In this document: positions 29,270 through 38,595 of the stretch, piece by piece | How the letters are laid out: each line of letters starts with the position of its first letter | How positions within the stretch are numbered: the first letter of the stretch is position 1 | IMG/VR virus record: IMGVR_UViG_3300049846_001695 | Coordinates: 1-55,209 of that record | Source: a virus | Lineage: Duplodnaviria; Caudoviricetes | Length of the DNA stretch: 55,209 nt | Reading direction: 5' to 3' (one strand) | Made by a program: the position numbers and the translations under genes | The notes under the pieces: generated by a model | Database searches by the model: none | What the model saw: only the letters and a program-made list of their open reading frames with translations | Told to the model about the DNA's origin: nothing

Positions 29270-29705
29270 AGGAGTTTTTAAGGTTTACGATAGAAAAACC
29301 GGATCTGTCCATGATAGGCTTTTAGCAAGATTTTCTTGTGACGGAGGAGAATTTAAGATCCTAGAAGACCACTTGGGTATTTTTGAGGACTCATTGCCAG
29401 AAGGCGAGATGACAGATCTTCACTTTAAGTTTTTGGACTCAATTAGGACATCACCGTATCTTCGTCTTTTGTCTGAGGAACAAATAAATAGCGGCGAACA
29501 CGATGATATGATAGACGATCTTGATATAATGGCGCAGCCAAAGCACGAGTTTTTGCTTTACGACGAAAAAACAAATGAAGAACCAATCAAGGTTCACGTT
29601 TTTGATAGTAACTGGGTCGTAAACGGGAAACAACTTCTACCTCACGAGAAAGATCTTTTAATTAAAAGAGTTCAGGGTGGCGAACTAACCATTCACAACA
29701 TATGA
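29250..29705 (+). CDS. hypothetical protein (C-terminus similar to 41810..42037)
   Basis: 151-aa ORF overlapping both neighbours. Confidence 0.7.
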   Translation: MKKQIYKGVFKVYDRKTGSVHDRLLARFSCDGGEFKILEDHLGIFEDSLPEGEMTDLHFKFLDSIRTSPYLRLLSEEQINSGEHDDMIDDLDIMAQPKHEFLLYDEKTNEEPIKVHVFDSNWVVNGKQLLPHEKDLLIKRVQGGELTIHNI

Positions 29706-30379
29706 AAAACTTAGAACAAATTTACGCAATGGATAGGTCTTTAAAGGAGGCACTATCCGACTTAAAGAAGGCCGATAAGACTGCCGCAAAAAAGATTGCA
29801 AAGCATCTTTTTACGGACACACTCTGCCCTTGGGTCGGGAATAGGGCTGCCTATAACGATTTTCTATCTAGACACAAATATCATGGATTCCATGTTTCTG
29901 TAGATTTGAACAGTTTTTCTGAAATAAACAACAGGTATGGACACTTGGTAGGAGATGATGCAATAAAGATCTTTTTCAAGATATCTAGTGAAATCTCTAG
30001 AATGTTAAAGGGCAAGAACTTCAGAGTTGGCGGTGACGAAAATCGCCTGTTCTTTAACGACAAGGCAACCGCAGAAAAATATTCTCAAGAACTTAAAGCA
30101 AGACTATCTAAGGAAAAGGTCAGAGATTTTCAACTGTCCGCATCCGTTGGTATTGGATATACTCCAGAACATGCCGAGGCTGCATTAAAGAAAGCCAAGG
30201 AACAGCTAGGAACAGAAGTCCAGTACGAAAAGGTACGAAACTTTAGGTCTGGCGAGGAGCCCACCGTAATTGTAACTCTTCTTAACGAAAGTCCACCAGC
30301 AAGCTGGTCCCCGGTTGTTGAGAAAGTTTCAAACGACGATAAGAAGGGAATGCTTAAGATAGACAATCCTTTAACTTAA
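29702..30379 (+). CDS. GGDEF-domain protein (diguanylate cyclase-like)
   Basis: TDTL...GNRAA, VDLNSFSEINNRYGHLVGD, FRVGGDEN, SASVGIG. Confidence 0.85.
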   Translation: MKNLEQIYAMDRSLKEALSDLKKADKTAAKKIAKHLFTDTLCPWVGNRAAYNDFLSRHKYHGFHVSVDLNSFSEINNRYGHLVGDDAIKIFFKISSEISRMLKGKNFRVGGDENRLFFNDKATAEKYSQELKARLSKEKVRDFQLSASVGIGYTPEHAEAALKKAKEQLGTEVQYEKVRNFRSGEEPTVIVTLLNESPPASWSPVVEKVSNDDKKGMLKIDNPLT

Positions 30380-30671
30380 GGCACTGTTTACATACCCCCT
30401 TTCTACCATAGAATGCCATGAGCAATAGCGGCTCGTGGCATTTTTTGCATTTTTTGATACCAACTCCCATAAGACACTTCTTGCACCAGTGTTCTCCCTG
30501 CCCCTCCCTTATTCCACAGTTTTTGCACTTATTCCGTAGAAGAAAGTTATTTCTAAGCTCTCTTTGTTTCTTACGGCACTCCTTACAGTAGAAGCTCCTG
30601 CCACGGGAATTTGAGGATTTATGGAAATTGCTTTCTGGTAATAGAAGTTCACAATCAGAGCATTTAATCAT
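30354..30671 (-). CDS. Cys-rich zinc-finger protein
   Basis: Six CxxC pairs in 105 aa; antisense to the head operon. Confidence 0.65.
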   Translation of the reverse strand: MIKCSDCELLLPESNFHKSSNSRGRSFYCKECRKKQRELRNNFLLRNKCKNCGIREGQGEHWCKKCLMGVGIKKCKKCHEPLLLMAFYGRKGVCKQCLKLKDCLS

Positions 30672-30782
30672 GTTAGGTTAAAGATTGTTACACATTTTTT
30701 GTTAGTCACCTATATAGCTGTAAACTTTACTTTAAAGAAAAAATTACTTTTCTTTTAAGATTTTTTTAGGAGATAACGAAAT

Positions 30783-31268
30783 ATGTCATTACAAAAAAAG
30801 ACTCCTCTTGTACTACAGAGAAAACTAGCGGAACACCTACGTCGTAGACTTGCTTCCACTTTAGTAGTAACCGAAACATTCGATAACAGTGGTAATCCAG
30901 TTATCACCGTTAACGATGGTACAGCAGCTACAACCGAACAAAACGTATTTATTAGAATCGTAGAATTAGCTGCGATTGGAACTGACTCAACTGGTCAGGC
31001 CGCTCAGTCATATGGGCCACACGTTGTTCAGATCGCACAGGAAAACCTAACCGCTACAACGCCTTCAATCGTTGCTGGCGCTCAAATGTCATGGTTAAAC
31101 GCAGTTAACTCAGCAATCGTACTACAGGGTGCTGTACTAACTGGCGCTCGTGTTGAACTATATCTAGAAACAGCAGGTTCTGCTCCTACAGTAAGTTCAA
31201 TCGACCCAGCAAAACTAGTTCTAACTCTCGATAGCAGCTTAATGTTTGGGGTTTACGCAGGTAAGTAA
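30783..31268 (+). CDS. putative virion structural protein
   Basis: AGGAG SD; first gene of the scaffold/capsid unit; codon usage looks similar to the capsid gene. Confidence 0.55.
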   Translation: MSLQKKTPLVLQRKLAEHLRRRLASTLVVTETFDNSGNPVITVNDGTAATTEQNVFIRIVELAAIGTDSTGQAAQSYGPHVVQIAQENLTATTPSIVAGAQMSWLNAVNSAIVLQGAVLTGARVELYLETAGSAPTVSSIDPAKLVLTLDSSLMFGVYAGK

Positions 31269-31294
31269 TTTAATTAACGAAGAGGGAGATTTGT

Positions 31295-32245
31295 ATGAAA
31301 ACATACTACTCAGATGACGAAATAGACGCTCTCGTTAATGAAGTTAAGACTGCATTTTTGAAGCCAGCTTTTGACCTTGCAAAGTCAGAAGGAAAGAAAG
31401 TTCCAACGTCAAAAGAAGGCGGAAATGGAACTGAACCACAAGCCGAAGTTAAATTAGAACAGGGCGATGGCGAAAGAGCAAATACGATTAAACAAGGACA
31501 GCCTTCTAAATCAGGAAAGGGGACACCAAGTATTATGACTAAGGCAGGGCCAGCACCAGAAGAAGCACAAGCGGAATCACCAGAGGCATCTTCTGCGGCA
31601 CCAGCCGGTCCATCAGATGCATCCCCGGCGTCAGCCGATCCTGCACAATCTGCACCTCCAGCCGACGCTGGCGCACCAGATGCAATGCAAGATCCTGCTG
31701 CCGGTGGAGCGGAAGGCGGGCCAGAAGGAGCACACAGCCCAGAAGATATTAAGGCAGCTTATGAGTCGCTAGATGATGAAGGTCTAAAACTTCACTACGA
31801 AGCACTAAAGGCTGTTCTAATGGAAAGAATGGGTGGTGGTCAGGGGGCTGAACAGGCTCCAGAGCAGGCTGCGCCAGAGCAAACACCTCCTCCAGAGGCC
31901 GCTCCGCAGCAATCTGCGCCTCCACAGTCGGCTCCAGCAATGAAGTCCGAAGAATTAAGCAAGGCAGAGGCAAAAATCGAGGAACTTTCAAAGAGTTTAA
32001 CGGAAGTGCTAGATATGGTAACAAAACTAGCTTCTCAGCCTCGCCCGAAGGCAATTACAGAAATTTCTCAATTGTCTAAGAGTGAAGTAGCACAAGATAA
32101 ACTAACCAAGGATCAAGTAGAGTCAAAGCTTTTGCAGAAGGCAAAAGACCAAGCCCTAATGAAGTCTGACAGAGCGTTAATCGTGCGTTACTTTACCCCA
32201 AACAATACTGTAAAATTTGAGGAAATCGCACACCTTTTGAAGTAA
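31295..32245 (+). CDS. scaffolding protein
   Basis: Directly upstream of the MCP; P/A/E/Q-rich disordered segments and coiled coil; repeated LxKS/A motifs. Confidence 0.7.
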   Translation: MKTYYSDDEIDALVNEVKTAFLKPAFDLAKSEGKKVPTSKEGGNGTEPQAEVKLEQGDGERANTIKQGQPSKSGKGTPSIMTKAGPAPEEAQAESPEASSAAPAGPSDASPASADPAQSAPPADAGAPDAMQDPAAGGAEGGPEGAHSPEDIKAAYESLDDEGLKLHYEALKAVLMERMGGGQGAEQAPEQAAPEQTPPPEAAPQQSAPPQSAPAMKSEELSKAEAKIEELSKSLTEVLDMVTKLASQPRPKAITEISQLSKSEVAQDKLTKDQVESKLLQKAKDQALMKSDRALIVRYFTPNNTVKFEEIAHLLK

Positions 32246-32260
32246 ACTAGGAGAATTATT

Positions 32261-33667
32261 ATGAACGATATTTTAACAAAAATAGAAGAACTTAAGAAAG
32301 CATTCGAATTAGGTTCTTATAACATGGCACCTACCCAGTTGAATCAGGGTAGTGCGGTACAGAAAGAAGATCTTTCGAAGATCATGCATGTTGTAACATT
32401 TGGTGAGAAAGACATCAAGTTACAAAAGGAAGTAAAGGTTGAGAAGGCTAAGGGGCAACTCTTCCAGTTTAACCGTCTATTGTCATACGGTACATTCGGT
32501 GGAACCGCTATGGGTGAAGGTTTGATTGGTCAAGAGGAAACTCCTGACATCATCCGTGCAGCAGTTCCGATGGCTTATTACTCGCTAATGACCCGGCCTA
32601 CACTAGCTGCAACAATGGCTGAAACTTTCGACGGCGTATCAGCCGAAGAGAGAGTAGCTATGGCAGCGGCGATGAAGATTGCCGGTGACGTTGAATTCGA
32701 CCTTTTCAGAGGAAAGGCTGACTTCTCTAACGCAGGCGTATTTGATGGTGCTCCAGAAGCAATCCCTCAACTACCTAACATAGTAGGTCTTGACGTTCAA
32801 GTACGTCAGTCAGACTATTCACTAGATACACAGGACTTAATGTTCGAAGCATATGGTTCTGGATTATCAGTAATCCTATCTGGTGGTGGTACGCTTGTTC
32901 AGTCAACAATCGAAGATGCTTGGATTCGTGGTGTAATGAACTTCTCCAAGGCTGACAGAATGTTTACTGATCCACTAGTTCTATCGAACTACAGCAAGAA
33001 TGCATACGCTTCAAAGGAGCGTTTCAATCTTGGATCAACTGCACAAGAGCCAGTAACGGGTGTCGATATTCGTAGACAGGCCGTTTCAGGTGGTGTAGTA
33101 ACACTAGAGCCAAGCCGTTTCCTATCTGGTCAGACCAAGTGGAAGCGTGCTCGCGTTAACTCACCCGGCGCTCCTTCAGTTGCGCTAAACGGTCAGGTAG
33201 CAAGCTCAACCACATTCCTAAACGGTCAGGTTTACAACTACGTTGTAACTGGTGAAAACGAACTTGGTGAGTCACTACCTTCCGCAGCACTACAGGTAAC
33301 AATCTCCGCTGGCGGAAACCTAGTTAACCTAGATATTACTGCCGGAACTGGTTCTGCTCGTTACTTCAACGTATTCAGAACAGGAGCAGGTGGCGCAGTA
33401 GCAACTGCTAAACTGGTTGGTCGCGTAAAGGCAGCAGTAAGCGGAACTACTCGTTTCGTTGACCGCAACAACCGCCTACCCGGCGCGCAGCCCGCATATC
33501 TAGTAGATATGGAATCAATGGGTATCCACGAACTAGCCCCTTACTCAAGAATCAAGCTAGCCGTAACTGACCTAACCCAGCCAGAAGGTCACTTTAGGTT
33601 CCTAACCCTAGCCGTATACGCTCCTCGTAAGAACGTGCTAGTAGACAACCTAACTGGCGCATTCTAA
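32261..33667 (+). CDS. major capsid protein (Herelleviridae/SPO1-Twort-like)
   Basis: N-terminus KAFELGSYNMAPTQLNQGSAVQKEDL parallels the Twort-like KSFxTGYGITPDTQxDAGALRRExL; EFDLFRG; C-terminal YNYVVTGENELGES insertion; LAVYAPRKNV. Confidence 0.88.
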   Translation: MNDILTKIEELKKAFELGSYNMAPTQLNQGSAVQKEDLSKIMHVVTFGEKDIKLQKEVKVEKAKGQLFQFNRLLSYGTFGGTAMGEGLIGQEETPDIIRAAVPMAYYSLMTRPTLAATMAETFDGVSAEERVAMAAAMKIAGDVEFDLFRGKADFSNAGVFDGAPEAIPQLPNIVGLDVQVRQSDYSLDTQDLMFEAYGSGLSVILSGGGTLVQSTIEDAWIRGVMNFSKADRMFTDPLVLSNYSKNAYASKERFNLGSTAQEPVTGVDIRRQAVSGGVVTLEPSRFLSGQTKWKRARVNSPGAPSVALNGQVASSTTFLNGQVYNYVVTGENELGESLPSAALQVTISAGGNLVNLDITAGTGSARYFNVFRTGAGGAVATAKLVGRVKAAVSGTTRFVDRNNRLPGAQPAYLVDMESMGIHELAPYSRIKLAVTDLTQPEGHFRFLTLAVYAPRKNVLVDNLTGAF

Positions 33668-33690
33668 TCAATAACTAAATAATTGATTAA

Positions 33691-33723
33691 GAGCCGCCGC
33701 GAGTTATCTCGCGGCGGTTTTTT
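33691..33723 (+). terminator. rho-independent terminator after the MCP
   Basis: CCGCCGCGAG-ttat-CTCGCGGCGG 10-bp stem followed by TTTTTT. Confidence 0.9.
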
Positions 33724-33724
33724 C

Positions 33725-33754
33725 TTGTCTTGAGGACTGTCGTGAGTCTATAAT
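33725..33754 (+). promoter_or_regulatory. sigma70-type promoter, probably producing a leaderless mRNA
   Basis: TTGTCT-18 bp-TATAAT; ATG at 33762 lies 7 nt after the -10; no SD. Confidence 0.6.
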
Positions 33755-33761
33755 GGGCTAC

Positions 33762-34847
33762 ATGAAAATTCTTGACAAGCAGTTTTTCACCTACGATGAT
33801 TTACTTATTTATCCACAATTCTCAAGAATAGCCTCAAGGTCTGATATAGACACTACGGTAGAATTCGGAGAAACAGAAAAAGAGCCCCCAATAAAGCTTT
33901 CTAAGCCAGTTATTGCAGCAAACATGGACACCATTTGCGAGCAAGATATGGCGATTGCCATGTGGCAAGCTGGTGGTATCGGATTTCTGCACAGATTCGC
34001 TCCAATAGAAAAGCAGATTGAATGGGTAAACGGCGCAACAAAGCGCGGGTGTGTTGCGATTCCATCTGTCGGGGTCGATCCAAATAAAAAGCTAGACGCT
34101 TTATCAATTTACGATGAAACGGGCGCAAATATTTTTTGTTTAGATATAGCGCACGCCAATAATACGGCGGTTTTGGACTTATTGGATTTCTACCACTCTC
34201 GATGCCCACAAATCTTCTTTATTGTCGGGAATATTGCCTCCCCTTCTCCAGAGTTATTTAAAAGGCTTTACCCGTCTAAGCGACGCAAATATTTCTCCTA
34301 TCCAGTAAACGAAGGTGGCAACATTATAGGTTTAAAGGTAGGAATTGGGCCGGGTAGCGCCTGTGAAACAAGAGTCGTCGCTGGCGTTGGGGTTCCTCAA
34401 GCCAGTGCAGTTGCGAATGTTGCTACGGCACTCAAGGAAAAGGGCGAAAGAACTTTTATTATAGCAGACGGAGGAATTCGACAGCCAGCCGATATGGCAA
34501 AAGCCATTGGGTTGGGAGCATCTGCAATTATGGTCGGCGGTCTTTTTGCTGGAACCAAAGAAACCCCGCCGCTTGGCAAGAAAATGTTTAGAGGAATGGC
34601 TAGCGAAAGTGCTCAACTTGACCATCGTGGTAAGGTTTCTAACTCAATCGCAGAGGGCGCTACCTTCGATATTTCAGAGAACAACGTACCTGCCGCATCT
34701 ATTGTTGAGTCATTGACTGGCGGCTTAAGATCTGCTATGAGCTACAGTGGATGCGCTACCATTGAAGAGTTTCAGGAAAAAGTCATATTCATCAGAGTGA
34801 CGGATGCGACAGTTAGAGAAAACGGCGCTCACTTCAAATTCAAATGA
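33762..34847 (+). CDS. IMP dehydrogenase / GMP reductase family protein (no CBS domains)
   Basis: TYDDLLIYP, AANMDT, GIGFLHRF, DIAH, GIGPGSAC, IADGG, FRGMAS, GGLRSAMSY. The track start at 33753 overlaps the -10 box. Confidence 0.9.
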   Translation: MKILDKQFFTYDDLLIYPQFSRIASRSDIDTTVEFGETEKEPPIKLSKPVIAANMDTICEQDMAIAMWQAGGIGFLHRFAPIEKQIEWVNGATKRGCVAIPSVGVDPNKKLDALSIYDETGANIFCLDIAHANNTAVLDLLDFYHSRCPQIFFIVGNIASPSPELFKRLYPSKRRKYFSYPVNEGGNIIGLKVGIGPGSACETRVVAGVGVPQASAVANVATALKEKGERTFIIADGGIRQPADMAKAIGLGASAIMVGGLFAGTKETPPLGKKMFRGMASESAQLDHRGKVSNSIAEGATFDISENNVPAASIVESLTGGLRSAMSYSGCATIEEFQEKVIFIRVTDATVRENGAHFKFK

Positions 34848-35179
34848 AAGAACTAATACAGGCGGGGATAATCGCGCATTTATGGAATCCAACTGATGAG
34901 TATTTTTTTAAAACCGCCGATACAATAGAAACGCCGCTCGTGTTTGAGTTTAGCTCTGATATCTATAACAGGCTTTGTAGCGTAGCGTTTTTGATTGAAA
35001 AATTGATAGACGACGGCGGCAGAAGTGTCTCTTCCCTAGAAAAAGGCTTTTTTCTTGCCAGACTAGCCTTTTTCAAAAAAAATAATGAAGAATTGAAGGG
35101 GATTGAGGGATATAGAGACTTAAATGGCCCACTTGCAGATTGCTTAGAAGGTTTAAACAGATTATATGATCAAAGCTGA
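34844..35179 (+). CDS. hypothetical protein
   Basis: 111-aa ORF with ATGA overlap. Confidence 0.65.
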   Translation: MKELIQAGIIAHLWNPTDEYFFKTADTIETPLVFEFSSDIYNRLCSVAFLIEKLIDDGGRSVSSLEKGFFLARLAFFKKNNEELKGIEGYRDLNGPLADCLEGLNRLYDQS

Positions 35180-35990
35180 AATTATTGCAGACTCGGTATC
35201 TCCAACTGGAGACAGAATCACCACCTATGTACTCAAGTTTCATAGGTTTATTTTACCTGAATTCAACACCCATAGGCAATTTAGCCGTAATGCCGCTAGC
35301 TCTAGAGCTATTCCTGTTAAAAAGATGCTGGATCAAGTCACTTTTGACCCAGCAATTCCAGTAAAATGGGGAAAGAATCAACCGGGAATGTCAGCAAAGG
35401 AAGTTCTTTCTCCAGAAGAACAAGAGGCTTGTCTAAGATCTTGGTTGCAGGCGCGCGATTATGCCGTCGCAACGGTTAGATCCCTCTCGGAGTCCGTTCC
35501 ACTACACAAACAGACGTTAAACAGGCTATTAGAGCCTTGGATGTGGGCTCACGTCGTAATGACTACCACACACCACCCATCTCAGCTAGATAACTTCTTT
35601 AAACAAAGAACCGCAGGGGACCAGCCCCAGCCCGAAATGCTGGAATTGGCGACAAAAATGAAAGAAGCTCTGGCCAATTCAACGCCAAATAAAATAGAGT
35701 ACGGCGATTGGCACTTGCCGTTCATTACCATATCCGATCTTGTCAGGTCAGATGTCCACCCCAGCCATTTAAAGAAAATTTCAGCCGCAAGGTGTGCAAG
35801 AGTAAGTTACTTAAACCACGATGGGACAAAAACCGATCTTGATAAAGATTTAGAGCTATATCAAAGACTGAAGACAGATTGGCATATGTCTCCATTCGAA
35901 CACCAACAGACCCCCGCTTCTGGCTGGTGGGCAAATTCTTTTGGATGGAAACAACAAAGATACTTTATTGAAAAGGGAGAAGATTTATGA
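35166..35990 (+). CDS. thyX: FAD-dependent thymidylate synthase (phage-type ThyX)
   Basis: EFNTHRQFSRNAASSRAIP, NRLLEPW, ARCARVSY, HMSPFEH. Confidence 0.9.
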   Translation: MIKAEIIADSVSPTGDRITTYVLKFHRFILPEFNTHRQFSRNAASSRAIPVKKMLDQVTFDPAIPVKWGKNQPGMSAKEVLSPEEQEACLRSWLQARDYAVATVRSLSESVPLHKQTLNRLLEPWMWAHVVMTTTHHPSQLDNFFKQRTAGDQPQPEMLELATKMKEALANSTPNKIEYGDWHLPFITISDLVRSDVHPSHLKKISAARCARVSYLNHDGTKTDLDKDLELYQRLKTDWHMSPFEHQQTPASGWWANSFGWKQQRYFIEKGEDL

Positions 35991-36403
35991 TGGATTATGT
36001 TAAATTGGCACAGGAATTGGGCGAATTGGTATCAAAGAAACAGGAAGCATACGGAGATTCTTTTGGCAAGTCGGAGCAAATTTTCAAGATTTTGTACCCA
36101 AATGGAGTTAAACCAGAAAACTATGGGGATTTCTTGGCCCTAGTTCGCATTGTGGACAAAATGTTTAGAATAGCGACCAAAAAGGATGCTTTTGGCGAAA
36201 ATCCATTTATGGATATTGAGGGATATGCTTTACTTGCCAGAGCCAAGAATGAACCCAAGGAAAAGAGCGAGGAACCATCGCTTACAAACGGAACCGTAAG
36301 CAGGATAATCAAAGATCTTATTGATTCAGGGACCAAAGAATCCTCAAGTAAAAAGTCAGCCTATAAATGGGAGGAGGTTTCTAAGTCACGAGAAGAAGAA
36401 TAA
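35987..36403 (+). CDS. DUF1599/Nmad1-like protein
   Basis: KKQEAYGDSF...RIVDKMFRI...DIEGYALL. Confidence 0.5.
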   Translation: MMDYVKLAQELGELVSKKQEAYGDSFGKSEQIFKILYPNGVKPENYGDFLALVRIVDKMFRIATKKDAFGENPFMDIEGYALLARAKNEPKEKSEEPSLTNGTVSRIIKDLIDSGTKESSSKKSAYKWEEVSKSREEE

Positions 36404-36423
36404 AAAATCTCAATCTATAGGAT

Positions 36424-36741
36424 ATGTCAGACGTACAGAAGCACTTTTTTGAGATTTTTGAACAGATAACATCTGATCTCGGCTGCAACAAGATCAGTAA
36501 GAGAGAATTTAACAAAAAAGTATTAACACTATCTTACGATGCTGCACTAAGAGGGTTTGAACAGGACTCTCTTTTGTTTTTTTTAGAGATAGATGAAAGT
36601 TACTTCAATAAAGACTTTATACAGGATGCGGATACAGATGAATCCTTGCATAGAAAGTGCATTTTTCTGTATGAGTTGTATAAGTATTTAGACTATATTG
36701 ACTGGAACGTAGAAGCTACTCAAAAGGAGGCCCTAGCATGA
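36424..36741 (+). CDS. hypothetical protein
   Basis: 105-aa ORF. Confidence 0.65.
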   Translation: MSDVQKHFFEIFEQITSDLGCNKISKREFNKKVLTLSYDAALRGFEQDSLLFFLEIDESYFNKDFIQDADTDESLHRKCIFLYELYKYLDYIDWNVEATQKEALA

Positions 36742-37199
36742 AATGGAACCCATTCAAAAGAACCAAAAAACCTGCCCCGCAGGTTGAGGTTACGGAAACG
36801 GTGGTCACAGACCGGGCTGACGTTATAAAGCTGTACGGGGAGGTTCTTCTCCTAGACAACAATAACCCCCTTGCAAACGGACATCGCGAAAAAAGTAAGG
36901 TTATCGTAGATAGTCCGGTGCCAGTGTATTCAGACGATAATCGACTCATTGGAGCCGCCTCCGTAGAAAGGGGTGGGCAATCTCTACCGCGCGTTGATGC
37001 TGTTATTTTTCTAGATTACAGCACCCCAGAGAGATTAGATATTGAGAATGGTGTAGCCTTTTACATCCATCCATTAATGGATGATTTCGTGATAGACGAT
37101 ATCACAAAAACCATTAAGATCATAAAAACAACCAAAATAAAGGCCCTATTCCTAAAGAGGGAGCAACCCAATGATAAAAGAATTTCTGCTGTCAGATAA
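36738..37199 (+). CDS. hypothetical protein
   Basis: 153-aa ORF, AGGAGG SD, ATGA overlap. Confidence 0.7.
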   Translation: MKWNPFKRTKKPAPQVEVTETVVTDRADVIKLYGEVLLLDNNNPLANGHREKSKVIVDSPVPVYSDDNRLIGAASVERGGQSLPRVDAVIFLDYSTPERLDIENGVAFYIHPLMDDFVIDDITKTIKIIKTTKIKALFLKREQPNDKRISAVR

Positions 37200-37380
37200 C
37201 GTTAGTGTATTGTTGTCTTTTTTAAACATAGGGCTGTGTAGCTCTTTGGTTTATCAAAATAACTGGAAACTCAATCCTTACTTCTGGACGATTCTGCTAG
37301 TGACGTTTTCGATGTTAATTTTAAACAAATCTATCTTCTCGGAGGCTTATAATGTTATTAGGCGCAACCATACTAAATAA
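37171..37380 (+). CDS. small membrane protein (two hydrophobic helices)
   Basis: VSVLLSFLNIGLCSSLV and YFWTILLVTFSMLIL. Confidence 0.5.
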   Translation: MIKEFLLSDNVSVLLSFLNIGLCSSLVYQNNWKLNPYFWTILLVTFSMLILNKSIFSEAYNVIRRNHTK

Positions 37381-37738
37381 TGTAGCGAGCGTAAACAACT
37401 TTACGGAATCTACATCAACGTCATTTACGGAAGGTGATGCCGTAACTGTTTACTTAAGACTCAAGGATTTTAATAGCAACGTAAGCAGATATATCCCGGC
37501 GTCTGGAGCGACACTTAGCGTTACATTCAAGAATGTAAATACAGCAAATACTGTGACAAAAACTGCCACAAATCCATTCGCCTCCGACACATCAATTTGG
37601 GCGTTTACGATTGCCGCAACAGATCATGTTAAGGGCACATTATCGCTACAACTGGTTCTAACAGAGGGAGCGACGGTAACAAGAGGACTCGTCAAAGACT
37701 GCGTTCTAGTTCAACCCTTTAACTCAGCTTACGTTTAA
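37352..37738 (+). CDS. putative virion structural protein (Ig/BppU-like beta fold)
   Basis: GGAGG SD; T-rich beta-strand pattern; precedes the adaptor gene. Confidence 0.55.
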   Translation: MLLGATILNNVASVNNFTESTSTSFTEGDAVTVYLRLKDFNSNVSRYIPASGATLSVTFKNVNTANTVTKTATNPFASDTSIWAFTIAATDHVKGTLSLQLVLTEGATVTRGLVKDCVLVQPFNSAYV

Positions 37739-37743
37739 TATTT

Positions 37744-38592
37744 ATGGCAGATTATTCAAATTCAAGACCATCTGTAGGCTCTATCTATCCGGTCGGCGCA
37801 CAGGACGCTCAACAATGGCTCCGCGTCGAGCCCCTTTTGACCCCAGCCAATCTCAAGACCAACTTCTTACTTGGTATCCCACTAGTTTCTTATTTTCCGC
37901 ACCCGGTTACTGGCAAGAGAGAGGAGCTTACAGAAGAAGATTTAAAGAGCTATATCTCAAGAGCGGTTTCCGTAGTTGAGCTAGAAACAGGACTAACTTT
38001 ATTCCCGGTTCAATACAAAGAAAAGCACCCATACGATATGAACTTTTGGCGTTCAAACGCCCATGTTCGCGTAAAGCAAAGACCTGTAACATCTGTTGAG
38101 AACTTCTCATTTCAGGCTGCAAACGGTGCGGACTTGCTTGTAATCAATAATTCATGGATTGAACTTGGGCAAGGACACCAAGGACAGATAAATCTTATCC
38201 CAATTCTCCCATCTGTGGCAACAAACGCTGTTCCAGCCTCTATGCCAGCAGCATCGGGTGCAGGATATTTGTCACTATTCGTTGGCGGTCCATTTTGGGT
38301 TCCATCGGTCGTTAACGTTGTTTATACTTGCGGCTATCCAGACGGCAGATTCCCAAGAGTTATAAATGAAATTGTTGGAATAACCGCCGCGATAGACATT
38401 CTGTCATCCCTAGCGGCAACGTATCGTTCCGGCTCTTACTCAATGTCAGTGGATGGAATAAGTCAATCTCAGTCAACTCCCGGTCCACAGCTTTTTGATC
38501 CAAGAATTAAGCAGCTTACTGAAAAGAGAGCGTTTTTGATTGAAAGAATCAAGGAGATCTACGGGCTAAAATTTAAAATTGGGTGGTTATAA
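37744..38592 (+). CDS. head-tail adaptor (neck) protein
   Basis: LLGIPL..PVTG, AVSVVELETGL, RPVTSVE, YTCG, SMSVDGISQS, as in Twort-like adaptors. Confidence 0.7.
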   Translation: MADYSNSRPSVGSIYPVGAQDAQQWLRVEPLLTPANLKTNFLLGIPLVSYFPHPVTGKREELTEEDLKSYISRAVSVVELETGLTLFPVQYKEKHPYDMNFWRSNAHVRVKQRPVTSVENFSFQAANGADLLVINNSWIELGQGHQGQINLIPILPSVATNAVPASMPAASGAGYLSLFVGGPFWVPSVVNVVYTCGYPDGRFPRVINEIVGITAAIDILSSLAATYRSGSYSMSVDGISQSQSTPGPQLFDPRIKQLTEKRAFLIERIKEIYGLKFKIGWL

Positions 38593-38595
38593 TGT

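Noticed and set aside
30734-30755. AAAGAAAA-aattac-TTTTCTTT inverted repeat upstream of the capsid unit
   Set aside because: Almost all A/T in an AT-rich spacer; too weak to call a terminator or operator.
33185-33230. Direct repeat CTAAACGGTCAGGT in the MCP
   Set aside because: Explained by a twice-occurring LNGQV peptide with biased codons.
33762-34847. Assigning guaB versus guaC
   Set aside because: The motifs are shared by IMPDH and GMP reductase and cannot be separated by eye.
37171-37380. Holin call for the two-TM protein
   Set aside because: No adjacent endolysin; hydrophobicity alone is insufficient.
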